This document shows positions 24,681 to 39,587 of a stretch of DNA of 64,000 nucleotides, in pieces. The stretch covers positions 63,674,001 to 63,738,000 of the forward strand of contig NC_043000.1 in assembly GCF_006345805.1 (NCBI RefSeq), given 5' to 3'. Made by a program: the position numbers and the translations under genes. The notes beneath the pieces are model-generated. The model did no database searches. It had not been told where the DNA came from and saw only the letters and a program-made list of their open reading frames with translations. The stretch is from Octopus sinensis. Its lineage: Eukaryota. Position 1 is the first letter of the stretch; each line of letters opens with the position of its first letter.

Positions 24681-26261
24681 ACTTCGTGGCACGTAGGACC
24701 CATCCATCTCATCCTAATATCTGATTAGATGGAGTCCTATGGACGCACGAAACTAAGCCAAATTGTTATTTTAAAAATATATGTAACCAAATGTGTTGAG
24801 TGCTGCTATTTTTCGATTGTTCACTCTCTCGTTTATATATACATGTGTGTGTGTGTGTGTGTAGTTACATATATACATATAATATATACACATACAAATG
24901 TGTATGTGCGTGTATAAATACTAAGTACGTTATGTATGTATGTATGCATGCATGCATTTATATATGTATGTACTTTTCTCATCTCCGATCTACTGTTTGA
25001 AATATATATAAGTAAGCAAAGTAATGTATTTCATAATTATGACTGCGCTAACATGGTTCAAAAGAAAATGTTTGTATATATTAAATCAATGTTTGAAAAT
25101 AGGCATACAGGACAAATTCAATGTCTTCTCTTTATTCTGTATTCACATTTCGATTTGATATATATACAAATGTAAACAAACTATACTTTGCATTAAAAAC
25201 ATACTGCCAATTTGTTCGATAGTTCCTCGGCCAATTTTTTGTAACATCAACATACTTCGACTGAATAAGAAAAAATTAGCATATTCTTAAGTAGAATATA
25301 AACTAGTGGTAGGTAATAATAAATGCCATTCCTTGCTTTAGACCATCTCCAGTTACTTCATTTCATACACAACTAAAACGTTTAGCATGTACACGATCTA
25401 AATAGTGAGAATATCATTCGTGTTTTTTCAAAGCCTTAAGCGGCGAAATTGAACTGAAATGAAATTGGATAAGTTTCCTATAGAAATTAACTTAGCTCTA
25501 GTCTCTGAAGATTTGAATTTGATGCAGGCAAGGCCGTGTGGTTATGAAATCCGCTTCTCAACCACGTAGTAACTAAAGTGTGTCCCACTGGACATACTTT
25601 AGAAAAGCATCTTCTACCATCATCTCGGATAGTCTAAAACCATATGATAGACAGATAAGGAGTAAAATTGTCTAAATTGGTGTGTCGAACAAACAAAGGT
25701 CCTTTTGGCTCTGCCCGAAGTTTATACTTAGGTGTCGAGCCTTTCCTTCCTTACAAGAACCGGTAAAATCTCGAAAAGAACGGAAAGCAAAGTAATGCGA
25801 TCGATAAAATTGAATGCGGTACCTGAGCAAAACTGCAGCCGAAAATTGTAACCAGTCAAATAATTCTAATAAATGATTCTAGAGAAAAACGAGACAGGAG
25901 CGTGATAAACAGAGTGAAAGATATAAATTAAGGTTTAATTTTATTTGGATCATACTGAAATTTATACTGAAAATAATCTATATCCCTGTTAAGAAAAGGG
26001 TGTAGCACCTCTGTCAAATGAAAGACAGAAGGAAGTTTATAATACTGGAAAGAGAGTAGACAGTGTTATACAGAAACATATGGAAAATGGTTCAATAGGG
26101 CCGCCATCCTTGGAGTATAAGACTACATTCTGCATTCGGTGAACAGCTTGATAAAAGGGCGAAATAATAGGCGATGAGGAGCAAGGAATGTGGAATGCAG
26201 GGAGCCATTTCTGACGTGTAACTAACCATTATGTAGCAAATTAATAGAAAAACAGAGATGG

Positions 26262-26480
26262 TGAGGTGGCGAGCTGGCAAAATCGTTAGCACGCTGGGTA
26301 AAATGTTTAGCGGCATTTCGTCTGTCGTTACGTTCTGAGTTCAGATTCTACCGAGGTCGTCTTTGCCTTTCATCCTTGCGGGGGTCGATAAATTAACTAT
26401 CAGCTGAGCACAGGGGTCAATGTAATCGATTTACCCTCTCCTCAAAGTTGCTGGTCTTGTGTCAAAACGTGAAACCAAAT
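26262..26480 (+). mobile_element. SINE family B copy
   Basis: GGCGAGCTGGCAAAATCGTTAGCACGCTGGG...GAGTTCAGATTC...CCTTTCATCC. Confidence 0.8.
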
Positions 26481-28920
26481 TAATAGAGAGACGATGTAAT
26501 TAAGCTGCATCATTTTTTTTTCAGTTACTGTTTTCCAGAATTCAGTTGAACCAATGCTCAACCAATGTTTAAGGGAGAAAAAGTGAGCGAAGTAAGAAGA
26601 CACGTGACTTATTATTTTTACTTTTTTTTAATATGCTGTGATTAATTCATGCCTGCGTTTTTTTTTTTTTATACATAGTAAATATCATTTACGTAAAGTA
26701 TAATTGTTTTGTATTTACTTTGTTTATATTTTTTCTAGATAAATCTTTTCATTTTCTTTGCTGAATTCTTCCAGGCTATAAAATGTAATACTGTATATTT
26801 TGGTATTGATAGAACAATTTCAATTGATATAATTAGTTTGTTTTTTTTCTCTCCAAGATCAATAATCGTAGTTTACATTCCATTGCTGTTTTAGTGTCAT
26901 GTCCCTCCCGCCACTGTTGATTTATAAGAATTGTGAAATAATTAACAGTCGTCTTTCTTTTATAATGAAAACAAAAATAAATATTTTCTGAAGGGTTCTG
27001 CAAACAACTCAATATGTTTTGGTGGTAAATCTAAATAATCGTACGACACAACACTACTACCTGGCTCTAAATGTTTTTAACAGAGTCTACTTTGTTGTAA
27101 GAATTTCGGACGTCTCCTGGCTGAGTATAAACAGATCAATTCAAATATGGAATAAAAGCAGCGCTAGTGTAATAAACATTATCGACCACATATACTTAAT
27201 GCACAAGCCAAGTGTATTTGCCGGTAGATTGCGTCTGGCGTGGTGGAGATAGCTCTCTCAAAGCGCCACGTGTTAAAACACCTGAGAGTCATGGACAGGG
27301 GAGACAACTCAACCATTCTCCCATTCAAGAGTGATTGACATCAATGTTTCGCCTTTTTTGTGGTTTATTAATATCATGTACCAGAACCAAATCGAAGGTG
27401 AATCATACCACCACTTCACGATTTACATGCATGCTGTATGAAAACTATGTGCTGTTAGGCCCGAACAATGCATACGTAAAAATAAATTCAAAAGATCAAT
27501 ATCTTCCTTTGGCAGCAATCCATGAATCGTGGTCTTTACCTCCTTTTTGTTATACTACTCTCGGTGCCCATGCAAAAGATCATGGTCACCTAAGACTGCC
27601 TAAACAGTATTATAGCACCCCACCACATTATGCATAGTTTAGCATTGGGCCCCCAGACACATAGAACCTCCAGAAAATTACCCAAGATGCCAACGCCTTA
27701 AGATGATACTGTGAACGTTGTATGCACTATAACTAAGCTATGCATTTTTAGAAATATACTTCACTGCGCTAGGTTTAAAATACAACTACGAAATAAAATA
27801 ACGTAGCTTCTTAAGTGGTAAAAAGAAACATTAAATAGATGCAGGTATTCCTAAGAAGTTCGTTTAGTAACCGCATGATTCAAGGTTCGATCACGCAGTA
27901 GAGTCTCTTCTAAGATCGACCAATATCTAGTATGTGAAACTTGGAAGACGGGAACCTGTGTAGAAATCAAACCGCTTCCCACGCTTGCTGATCAATTGCT
28001 TTGTCTCATTTTGTCTCAAAGTCGTATCATTCCTGTTTTTATTCGTTACTGTTTCCAATTTTATCTTCGTCTCTTGTTTTCCTATTCGTCTCTGTTGTCA
28101 CATTCTTTCCTTCTACCAAGCAAATCTAATGCCCATAGCTTAGCTTTTCCTTGGGGCTGGCCGTTTTGGAGCAAATCTCAGAATTAAACAGTCGAAATTT
28201 GCCATGATGAATCGGTTTCTGACTGAAGAATGAAGGCTCTGAACGACTGTCCGTTTTTCCGTGTTCGTCAATTCGTGAATTTCACGTTCTTTATATATAA
28301 AGTTTTATTACATACATACATACATACATATGTACGTACATACATACATACATACATACATACATACATACATACATACATACATACATACATACATGTA
28401 TACATGCATACTTGTGTTCACAGACACACACACACACACACACACACACACTTAAACACAAATATAGCTCAGCATTAGGCTGAACCGCATGAAAACAAAA
28501 TATATGCAATCTGAAAACGTAGCACGCGGCCGATTAGAGATGGGAAGCGATTATATCAAGGAAAGAAAACAGTACGTCTACTTAGGGCACACAGCGAATA
28601 TGAAATGAGACATGGATGCTGAAATCTCAAAGACAATACTGACACTCCATCGGTTACGACAGCGAGGTTTCCAGTTGGTCCGTTCAACGGAACAGTCTGC
28701 CGGTGAAATTAACGTGCATGTGGTTGAGCACTCCAGAGACATACGTACCGTTAACGTAATTCTCAGGGAGATTCAGCATGACACAGAATGTAACAAGGCT
28801 AGCCCTTTGAAATATAGGTACTACTTATTTTTGTTAGCTGAGTGGACAGAAATAACGTGAAATAGAATATATTGCTCAGGGACACAGCGCATCACCGTTT
28901 CCTGAACTCACTACCAGCCT

Positions 28921-29443
28921 AAATCTCTCACATTCTTTGTTGACTCTGCCTGTGCAAGTAGTGAAGTCTTCATCTTCGCTCTTTTCTATGTTTAAACATT
29001 TTCATCTAGAATTAAATGGTGAGCTCTTTTCACTAAACATTTTGCAAGAAATGTCAAATGTGTCAGTGAAATTTATGTCGGACGCCTTTTTTTTAATTTT
29101 TTTATTTTGGCAATATGAAGTTACTATACTTCTCATGCTCTGCAGTCGCTAGTTTCTTAAAACTAGATGCGTTTTCATTTCGTCCGTCCCATATTCATTT
29201 TGAAAACTTTGTTCAAACATTCGAAAGTAAGCCTAGAAGGTTACTTCTTCCTCGGCGTCATATTTCAGTTCGCTTATAAAATTTGCTACATGGTCAGGCG
29301 AAAATGTATTTTCCGGTTTGGTTATCAATTTCATTAGTTGTGACATTTGCTGCTGCAATCCTTGTTTTTGTTCTCATTATTCCTCGAGCTGTTATTGTGG
29401 CTGTTTTTGCAACTCAACTACCCCCAACTAACAAGTCTTCCAT
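28921..29443 (-). pseudogene. gag fragment of a second, unrelated Ty3/Gypsy family
   Basis: MEDLL...LQQQMSQLMKLITKPENTFSPDHVANFISELKYDAEEEVTF*AYF...LRKLATAEHEKYSNFILPK...FSEKSSPFNSR*KCLNIEKSEDEDFTTCTGRVNKECERF, a recognisable Gypsy gag pattern with stops. Confidence 0.8.
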
Positions 29444-29616
29444 ATTTTACGATTTTCGCAAGTTTGCACAAGATTTTTGTTTCTTTTTTTTTAGTTATTT
29501 AATTTTCCACATGAATTATTTTAAACTCTCCGTGTGAATTTCCATTTTTCTTTTTCACTCCGTGTAAATTAGTTTTTCCTTGTCGCGACTGTTGTAAAGT
29601 GAGTTCGTCCCATTGG

Positions 29617-29869
29617 TGTGATGTGTGTACTGTAGTTGCTGTTTTACGCTTGTAGCTACAACAGTTACTAGCCATCGGATACCGTTGCATCTCTTCGTAT
29701 CGGAATAGTAATACACTAACTTTTTCTGTCTTATTATCGCTGATAGCTCCACAAGACACTGACTAGATCTGTCGACTCTCGATTCTTCAACTCTTCGACC
29801 CTCTCTTGACGACCGGCTATTGGTCTATTTATAGTGGTAGGAACCACTTTTTACCGGGAGAGATGTACA
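29617..29869 (-). repeat. Probable 5' LTR of the second Gypsy relic
   Basis: Minus strand starts TGTAC, contains TATAAATAG (about 29825-29833) and ends near CACA, followed by PBS-like TGGGACGAA (29612-29604) and an A-rich leader to the gag ATG. No second LTR is present to confirm the boundaries. Confidence 0.45.
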
Positions 29870-30664
29870 ATTTTACTATACAACAATATCACTGACCCCA
29901 TAACCTAGCGCTTGAACAGATAGATTTCGATAAACTACGAACTAGTCTAATGACTGAAGCCAGTAAAAGAATAGGAGAATTTATATAAATAAGTGCCTAA
30001 CCTTTACTTTCTGTTTATAGCTAAACTGCTTAAATGTACCAGCTGAATGCGTGGAAATTCCACGGTTACTTAGGAAATACTTAGTTTGTTGGAAGTTTAT
30101 AGGGAACCATGAAATACAGAATTTCTTTTGAAGTTTCCTTTTCTTTTATGAAGTGCTTGATCCTTGGATATGTAAAATCTAAATTAATATTGAAGGTGCA
30201 TCTTTAGGAGAGAATATACTCTTTGCTATCACCTGCCACCTTTTCTAGGGTGAGAATTGCTATCTGTTATTTTTAACTTTACGTGAAGAAGAGAATGTGC
30301 TCAAGAAAGAACGACATGCAAGTATCCATGAGAAAATACTGGTTCACTTTTCTCTTTTTCATTACGATTTTGTAATAAAATGACTGAAAATTCGTTGAAA
30401 GAGTAATGTATGTAGCAAACACTTTAAACTATCTTAATTACGGAATGAATTGAAGACGTTCTGGTCTGTAGGGCAAAATTCGTAACGCTTTAATATGCAT
30501 ATGGCTGAGTTTGAACAAAGTACAGTAGTAGCCCTGTTGGGCTGTGAATTCCATCCATTCATCCATCCATCTCTCTTTTCCAGAGAGGATCGTTGGGGTA
30601 CAGTCCTTAGATACTTCCTCCGTAGGGTTCTATAAGGAGCAACCGACATGAACTGTGAATTCAG

Positions 30665-30777
<113 letters not shown>

Positions 30778-32475
30778 ATGCGTGTGTATGTATATATATA
30801 TATATCAGGAACATGTAAGTATCCAACATAATTTAAAAGAATTATTTTGCTGTCAATACGAACAATTGCAACAATATTAATGTTGTTTTTAAAATAAATT
30901 GTGTCTACGATGTTGTTCCATACTTTATCAGTCATAGTTAAGCGTTACATACATAGACTGCGGTAGAACATTATCATAGAAATATTCAATATCATGTTTA
31001 TCTATGTAATTAACGTTCCTGCAAATTCTGTAGACGTGAATTAGTAGCTTGTTTTCTTATTTTTCAGTTTTGCATTCTTGCTGTAGAAATCCATCACTCC
31101 TAGGCTAAAATCTGCATAGTATTTTGTTTAGACAGAATACTTTCAGAGTTGCTTTTTTATTTTTTCTGGTAGCTAAAAATTAAGAACTAGGCATGTGTTT
31201 AAGTTGATTCAATCCATAATGTCACACTCCTACAAATGTACGATTTTGTGCTTATGAAAAAATCATTATGGTTTTAAATTCGCTCGCTTATTCGAGAGCC
31301 GCAGCTGCCAATTAAATGGTAAATACTGACATTATAAATTTGAACAGCACGATAATTATAACTAATTGTTAATGAATATCGTTTTTATTAATTAACTTGT
31401 ACCGAGGAGAAATAATCATTGCTGATAATGATTCATTCAACTCAAAAAAGCCTTCTTTTTTTTTAATGACTTACCGCACGATAGCCACAATTAATTGAAA
31501 TTGGAAATAGGCAACCTAATGTAGTGTAAGATGCGATGATCTTAAGCAAATATGATATAAAACTCGAGGCTTGTTTCAGTCTAATTAGACATCCTTAACG
31601 AAGCAGAGTCGTTCACGCGTCTGTCAGGTAAATGAAAAGAGAAATATTTATGCATAGATAAAGAATGTGCATACACTAGTGTGAGAAAACAACATAAAAA
31701 CTCGAGGGGTACTTACAAGAACACATCCACATAGAACATAATTAGTAAGATTAATAGGATATCAAGATACCGATCACCTTTCTATTGTGTTCGTTGCCGA
31801 ATATCATAACCCTTAAATGATTTGATCTTCCCATCTGATGATGTATAATAAACGAGGATATCAGATGGTTATAATACTGAATTCAAATCCACTTTAGAGT
31901 TTAATTAAAGCAAAATGTATTATACCTGAATAGCTTAACCTTCATATAGTCTTCATAAAGTCTTCAAGAGGTGCCTCTAAAATCAAATGGTTTTCAGAAC
32001 TCACACACGTTTTAGTAAAATCACGAGACTATATAAGGTTAGATGCTTCAATGCATGTAAGTCGATAGACGATGCCAGGAATCAGCTAGTAAAAATCTCC
32101 AAAATCTAAAAAGAGTTTTCGGCGGCGGCATACGATGAAGATTTTGGAAACGAAGCCAACTAAAAACACTTTATCAAAGATATATTTTTGGTCAACAATT
32201 TAAGGAATGGTAACCATTTGACAACGGTTATTATCTGTATGTGTGTGTGTGTTTGTGTGCAGTCAGTGGGACACTGGTTACTAAATCAAGAACAGTTTTT
32301 TAATAAAGCAATAGCTTCCGTTTTAATGGGATTATTGTAAAATAGAGGCAAAAATACTTTAAACTATTTAGTCTATGGTTTTATCATCTATGGCCTCCCT
32401 GCTCTCTCTCTTTCACACACGCATACAAAATTCTCTCTCCTTCCTCTCCCTCTCCTCTCTCTCTCATACACCCAC

Positions 32476-32518
<43 letters not shown>

Positions 32519-32954
32519 CACACACTTATTGTGTCTATATCTCTTATTCTCAGAAATTCCGCAAGTATAATCAGTATAATTGTCTGACCTTTCATAGTTA
32601 AGTAGGGGTGAACTTAATGCATTGAAAAAATTCTAATTAGAAATACTACTGCTGTTGGCAAAACAGAACTTTGGCTGACTAACAGTGTTTTGATCATTTT
32701 AGTAAATACATATGAGAGACAACTCAGAATATGTTTTGGGATTATTAGACCTCTTCTAACGCGGCATAAATTACACTGTAGTTGGTGAAGCAGTGACTAA
32801 GAAATCACGAAGTAGTTTTGCTCTGTTGCAACATGAGTAGACGTCAAAAACTAACATATGTATGTACATGTGTGTGTGTGTGTGTGTGCGTGTGTGTGTG
32901 TGTGTGTACATGTGTGTGTGTGTGTAAGTGTGTGTAAGTGTTTGTGTGTAAAGG

Positions 32955-33191
32955 AAGTTGAATGTTATGGCCGGTCATAGGGCGACCAATGACTTCGCAC
33001 TTCTAAAGCTCTTAGCAGTATAGGCGACTCATCAGACTCAAATAGCCGAAGGCGCAAAGCCTCTCTACAAGGCAGTTGTAGGGAGGTTATGCGCCTTCGG
33101 CCATTTCAGTCCGTCGAGTCGCCTATACTGCTAAGCGTTTTATAGGTGCGAAACCAATGGTCACTCTATGACCGGCCATAACGTTTAACTT
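32955..33191. repeat. 237-bp fold-back element made of two divergent degenerate hammerhead copies
   Basis: Arms of about 116 bp around a GGCAG loop (33071-33075). Consensus of the arms: GAGT-CTGATGA-GTCGCCTATA..TATAGGTGC-GAAAC-CAATG-GTC-ACTC. Confidence 0.9.
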
Positions 33192-33752
33192 ACTAAAAAA
33201 TATACTACTGCTCTATTGCTTCAGAGTGTGCCTTTTCCGGATATATGAACTACTGATGATACAAACACACACACATATATATATATATTCATACATACAT
33301 ACATACATACATACATACATACATACATACATACATACATACATACATACATACATACATACATACATACATACAAAATTAATAACGTAGATATTCGATC
33401 CGCATGATGAAGAATAACATATAATTGATATTGAATGAGAGTGAACATATTTAATTGAGAACAAAATGTCTAATTAGAAATACTTGAGCTATCTTATCAA
33501 GGTGGGTATCATCCTCTTGATTCCAAAGAGTTACAGTTGTGTTCACACCGTCCGCAGAAGTATTAGCAGAGTAGCAGATTATGTGAAACAGATATCACTG
33601 AGGTTTATGCACGGATCATATGGTCTCTGTATATACTATCTACATTAAAAAGAATTGTGGTTGCCTGAATCAATATGATACCTGAAATAAATACACTAAT
33701 TCAATTATATTTTCAGCTATACGTACATACAAACATATCTACCTACTTAGAT

Positions 33753-33794
<42 letters not shown>

Positions 33795-33889
33795 GTATAT
33801 CTTTTCTTTTATCTTTTACTGGTTTCAGCCAAAAGCTGGGACCATACTGGAACATTGCCTGTCAGTGTTTCTGGGTCTCTTTTCTGTAC

Positions 33890-34485
33890 CATTTTTGATG
33901 ATGTAGCGGAGCTTCTCTTCTTTGTACCTTTGTGCCTCCTGCTACACTTCACAAATCTCTGAGGTTGTTTGGCAGGATGTTAAACAGTTGTGGTCCCCTG
34001 AAACCCAAGCTGTTGCAATACTGGGTTCTTATCCGAGATGAAGAAGACAGGGTTTTTGGTATAATGCAGTACCATCCAGTTCGGTGATGGGTATAGCTTT
34101 TAATTTGAAAGTTAGGAGCTAGAACTTCAAGGATCTTTCCGATGTATATCACTACATATCTTTCTCGCCTTCTCTCCAGAGAGTAGAGCTTCAGTTCTTG
34201 AAGCCTCTCCCACTAGCTCATCTGTTTCACTGAGTCAGTCTTCTTTGTGTAGTGGCGCTAGATTGCCTCAAGTACAACCAGCAGACTGACGCTCTGCAGC
34301 GAACACAGTTGCGAGCAGTAATCCAGGTGACTGAGAACAAAAGTCCTCCATAGAAGTAGCAAGGAATCCTTATTTCTGGTTCTGAATCATCTAAGAATCC
34401 ATCCAGTTACTCACCTACACAATGTGGCCATCTTGTTAATATGCTCATGAAATGTTGCATCATTACTCATGCGGATTCCCACACG
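33890..34485 (-). pseudogene. CR1/L2-group LINE, RT C-terminal/3' fragment
   Basis: VGIRMSNDATFHEHINKMA, FVLSHLDYCSQL and WERLQELKLYSLERRRERYVVIYIGKILE..PN, then GPQLFNILP..LRDL. Confidence 0.85.
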
Positions 34486-35449
34486 CATAATACATATGTA
34501 TGTAGATATAGGTAAAGGTATGTGCATGTGCATAACACACATCTTAGGTTGCCTTTCATGTTAAGTATATAAAATGGTGGATAACAAACGTGGAAGGAAA
34601 TGAGATGATTGAGATTTTTAAAAAATTGTAGTCGTTACTAATCAACATTACATAGAAAAGTAATCTTAAAAAAGCATTTGATGAATGACCTGAATAAGTA
34701 TGCTTGTGAATATGACGCTAGGTAAACTCTTGAAATTGATTTGGGGTAGGGGCTGTCTAAAGTTCCTTGCATGGCCCGATATTTATTTTAGATGAAACGA
34801 TGTCTCTTGTATTCTATTCGTATATAAACTTGCATCATTCGTACCAACAAAATGAAGACTGTAGTTTTACATCACCATTTAATGCTTCGGTCATTGTTTT
34901 CCTTTCATTTCGTTATTTGGAATTATATCTACGAAACCGAGATATCGCCCTAACCGGCAGAAATCGTTAGGACGCCGGACAAAATGGTTAGTAGCATTTG
35001 TTCTGACTTTACGTTCTTAATTCAAATGTCGCAGAGGTTGACTTTATCTTTGAACCTTTCGGGGTCTATAAAACAAGTACCAGTGGAACAGTGGGGCCGA
35101 TGCACAAAATTTCAGGTCTTATACTTATAACAGAAAGGATTATTATAGTGACAAGCATGACCGGTGGAAATTTTAGTTTACTTTGATCTTAAATTTATAT
35201 AGCTTCATAACATTGTTTCTTTAATCTTTTAATATTTATGAACTTGATAATGGATTGAAGTTTGAAAACCATACCCTTTTTCATTCTGATGTCATTATCG
35301 TAGGTGACTCAAATCGTATGTTGGTCATCTTGCTTGAATATTTCTCTAATAAAGGAATGGTTCTTTTCTGGTCGTATTCGGTTCTTTTCTCGAAGTTCTT
35401 TCCCATAGTCTACCTCTGCAGTTCTTTATTCATTTTATTACATTGCACT

Positions 35450-35501
<52 letters not shown>

Positions 35502-35538
35502 CTCTCAATCTATCTATCTCTATCTCTCTCTTTCTCAA

Positions 35539-35625
<87 letters not shown>

Positions 35626-35732
35626 CCCTCTCTCCTCTCTCTCTCTCCCTCTCTCTCTCCCTCTCTCTCTCCCTCTCTCTCTCCCTCTCTCTCTCCCTCT
35701 CTCTCTCCCTCTCTCTCTCCCTCTCCCTCTCC
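35450..35732. repeat. Long (CT)n/(CTCTCTCTCCCT)n polypyrimidine microsatellite
   Basis: Seen directly. Confidence 0.95.
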
Positions 35733-35854
35733 CATTTCATATAATCAGCTCTCTGCTCACTGATCACATTCTCACTTCACATGTGCTGTTAGTTTTGTTT
35801 CAAGCTTTCTTTTAGTTTCTGTGTATGTGTGTGTGTGTGAAGGTGTGTGTGTGA

Positions 35855-35893
<39 letters not shown>

Positions 35894-38800
35894 TGTGTAA
35901 AAGTATGTGTGTGTTGTGCGCGCGTATGTGTGTATGTCACTTATTTTATCGACCTCGGGGGATTACAACAAGGTCGATACCGGTAGAATTTGTACACGGA
36001 GAGATGAAACTAAATAGAATTAAATATTTACACCAGTCCTCAACTGTTACTGACTTGAACCATAGAGGTAGACTCAACGCATTCACTAGACATGCAAGGA
36101 ATAGTAGTCAGTTCCCTCTATCAGATCACACCCTGCCATCATGGAAAAGAAATTGAAGGACACGTTGTGTAATTTCTGGACTGAATAATTCCATGTAGGA
36201 ATGCCTTTCAGCATGGTTTCTTCACTTAATGCAAACCCAGGGTTAAACAACAGCAACAACAATATCAACAACAAATATTCATTATCTTTATCTTGACAAC
36301 TTTCCATCCAGATGGTATACTTTCGTCACACAATATTTACAGTGCTAATGAGATGCATCATACGTGCATGTGTGAGTGCCTGTAAATGTGTGTGAAAGTG
36401 TGGATGAGCATGTGTGTGCATGTGTGTGTGTGTGTAAAGTTTACAGGCTGATTTTGACACACACGCACACATATACACACGCACACATACACACACGCAC
36501 ACACACACGCCACATACATCTAACCAGTCAGGTGTTCATTTTTCTTTGCGGATAGTATGTCTTGCCTGTGTGTCTATTTTAACATTTTACCATTAGGAGA
36601 TCGGCTGCCATCCTTAGTAGTCGTTTTTTTTTTCTTTTGTATGCTGGAGGCGGTAAATTGTGTAAAGTATAAATGTATTGTCAACTATTTTTTCCTATTT
36701 AGTTTTGTTCTTCCGATGTGTAAAAGGCATTGCGATTGCTCTTCATTGTAGGTGCATGTAGTTTCGACGGGAAAGTGTCGTGTTTATATGTCCAAATGTT
36801 AAATCGATACTTAGAATTTGAACACAAAAAGATGAAGCTTAATAAAATGAAACTTTAATTGTACAGAGGTGTCATGAAGTTTGCAGTTGGGATTATAAAC
36901 CACATTGATCATTTGTAGCCTCTTTGTGAATTTACAGGCTTATGGCTTCTATAATTAAAACGCTTTTCGTCCACTATTGATATTCTTCTGTGCTTTTTAG
37001 CACTACAATGGCTGCCTACAACATATCCACGTTAAGTAAAATATACAGAATGTTACTAATAAGTAATAAGTTTTTAGGTTTTGCAGGATACTGTTAGTGT
37101 TAGTTTGTAGTTTTAATTTCATGGGGCAAGAAAGATATTACAGTTTCTTGTTATCTTTTATAATCTTACCTTTCATCCTTTCGGGGTCATTAAATAAGTG
37201 CCAGTTGAGAATTGAGGGCAATGTAATTGACTAGTCTCTTCCCGCAAAATTACAGGCCTTGTACAGGCTTTCATTAAAGAATGAAATCGAAGATACAGAA
37301 AAAGATGATGCTGGAACGTGATCCGAGAGAGAAAAGAATTGATTACAGTTCCAGGGGTCGTGTTGGGTCTCTTTTTGGAACTATCGTCAGTATCAGTAGA
37401 TGGCAGGAGTAAACGTTTCATTGTATTTAGTTTCATCTTATTGTGTTCAAATCTGTCAATTCATTCGACGAGACCCGCCTTGCAACACTGCGGTCATGTA
37501 CCAATACATGTAATTAAAAACTTTTCCTTGAAACAGAGAGAGGAGGGGAGATTTGCAAAACATTACAAAACGTTTCAAAAGATTCTCTTGCCTAAACCCA
37601 TACAAGCACAACTTTACACGTATGTATACACTTGTTTATACAAATGTTTACTAGGACATATTGCAGCTATTGTACATACGTGGAAGCCGATATGGACATA
37701 TTTGCTCTCACACAGACACTCGCACGCACATAACTGCACACTTCCAACATTTTTCTTTACCAGTCTTTCATGAGCGCTTCTCTATTTCTTATAACTAAAC
37801 GTTAAAAATCCTATATTTTCAGCGTATTTATGTATCATCAAATTACTGCTTACCTTTAGTCAATACGATTACAATCACATATTCTAGTTACATGGAACTA
37901 TACAAAGTAGAATTACTATTTGACATATGTTATATTTTGAGATATTTAGCATTAACCCAACACAACACTGAATAGAGAGTAGACACTATTTCCAACTTTA
38001 ACGTAATTTACTTCTCATTTTGCGCCTCCCATTTGTAATATGAGGGAGTCACTTTACCTAGACGTTCGACTGATTAGAAACAGCAACCAGATTTCAAATG
38101 ACATGCTACTGTGTTTGTTTGTTTGTTTTTTTCTATGTAAAGAATACATTCGACAATGTAGGCCTAGATATACTAGCTCTGAAATATAAAATATGATCTC
38201 GCATGTAGTCCTTTACATTCTGAGTTCAAATGCTACTGGGGTCGACTTTCCCTTTCATCATTTCGACGTTGATAAAATAAGTATCAGTCAAGTGCTGGGG
38301 GCAATGTAATCGACGAGCTTTCTCCCGCTAAATTCCAGGCCTCATACCTATAGTAGAAAGCGTCCGATAAGGCGGCGAGCTGGCAGAATCGTAAAAGTGT
38401 CGGAACTGCCTTGCAATATATCATCAAGTTGCTAACGTTATGAGATCAGATCCCACAGACGTCAATTTCGCCTTTAATCCCTTCGGGATTAATAAAACAG
38501 AATACCAGTCAAACGCTAGGGTCGATGCTGTCGACTAACCTCTTCCCTCTATAATTGTTGGTCTTTCGCCTAAGTTAGAAACCCTTACTCCTTGCATTGA
38601 ACAAATCATCATGAGATATTTATTTGAGGCTATTAACTTCTGGGGTTGAAATTCTACTGGCGTTAGATTTACCATTAATCTTTCAAGGAGGTTGATAAAA
38701 TAATAAGCACCAATCAAATACTGGGCCCGTTTCAACCTACAAAGCCATCAGTCCAAATTTATGCTTTGTGCCTATACTGGAAGTGATATTACCAGCGTTG

Positions 38801-39004
38801 GGCCGCCAAATATATTGCAGTATTTAGTTGCACCCTTTTACATTCCAAGTTCAAATCCCGCTGAAATCAACTTTCCTTTTCATCCTTCCGAGGCCGATAA
38901 AATAAATACCAGTTAAGTATTTGGATCGATAAAATCGACTGTTCTTTTCCTCCAAAATTCGTAATCTTGTATCCTACATATGCTAAATAGTAATACTATT
39001 TCAT

Positions 39005-39325
39005 ACGCATTGTTTAGTGGTTAGGGGGTACTCGGTTCATAATTGTAAGGTCGTGAGTTCGATTCCTGACCGCGCGTCGTGTCGCTTGAGCAAGACACTC
39101 TATTTCCAGTTTCTCCAGTTCACTCAGCTGGCCAAAATGAATAGTACCTGTATTTCAAAGGGCCAACCTTGTCATACTCGGTCATGCTGACTCTCCCTGA
39201 GAACTATGTTAAGGATACACGTGTCTGTGGAGTGTTCAGCCATATGTATATTAATTTCACGAGCAGACTGTTTCGTTGATCGGATCAACATTAACCCTTA
39301 TCGTCGTAACCGACAGAGAGCCAGT
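39005..39325 (+). mobile_element. SINE family D copy
   Basis: GAGTTCGATTCC B box, CTTGAGCAAGACAC core and the shared body. Confidence 0.75.
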
Positions 39326-39587
39326 TTTTGTTGCCGTTTACTTAGTAGGTCGACAGACTGGCAAAATCGTTAGAGCGTCGGACAAAATGCCTTACAGCAT
39401 TTAGTTACGATCACTTACTTTTACAGTTCAATTCCCAAAGATGTCAGCTTTGCCTTTCCTCTTTCCAGGGTCGATAAACTGAAAGGCCAGTGAATAACTG
39501 AAGTTAATGTAATCTACTATATCCACACCATAGATGTTAGGCCTTGTGGCTATGTAAGAAATCAATATGAAGCACAGACTTTACTTT

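Noticed and set aside
31600-31628. Possible 39-nt exon ending at CAG|GTAAAT (DILNEAESFTRLS)
   Set aside because: The acceptor is weak and the alternative acceptor gives stops in all frames; insufficient support.
31811-31850. CTGATGA inside a small inverted repeat (CCATCTGAT...ATCAGATGG)
   Set aside because: No downstream GAAA or stems, so not a hammerhead.
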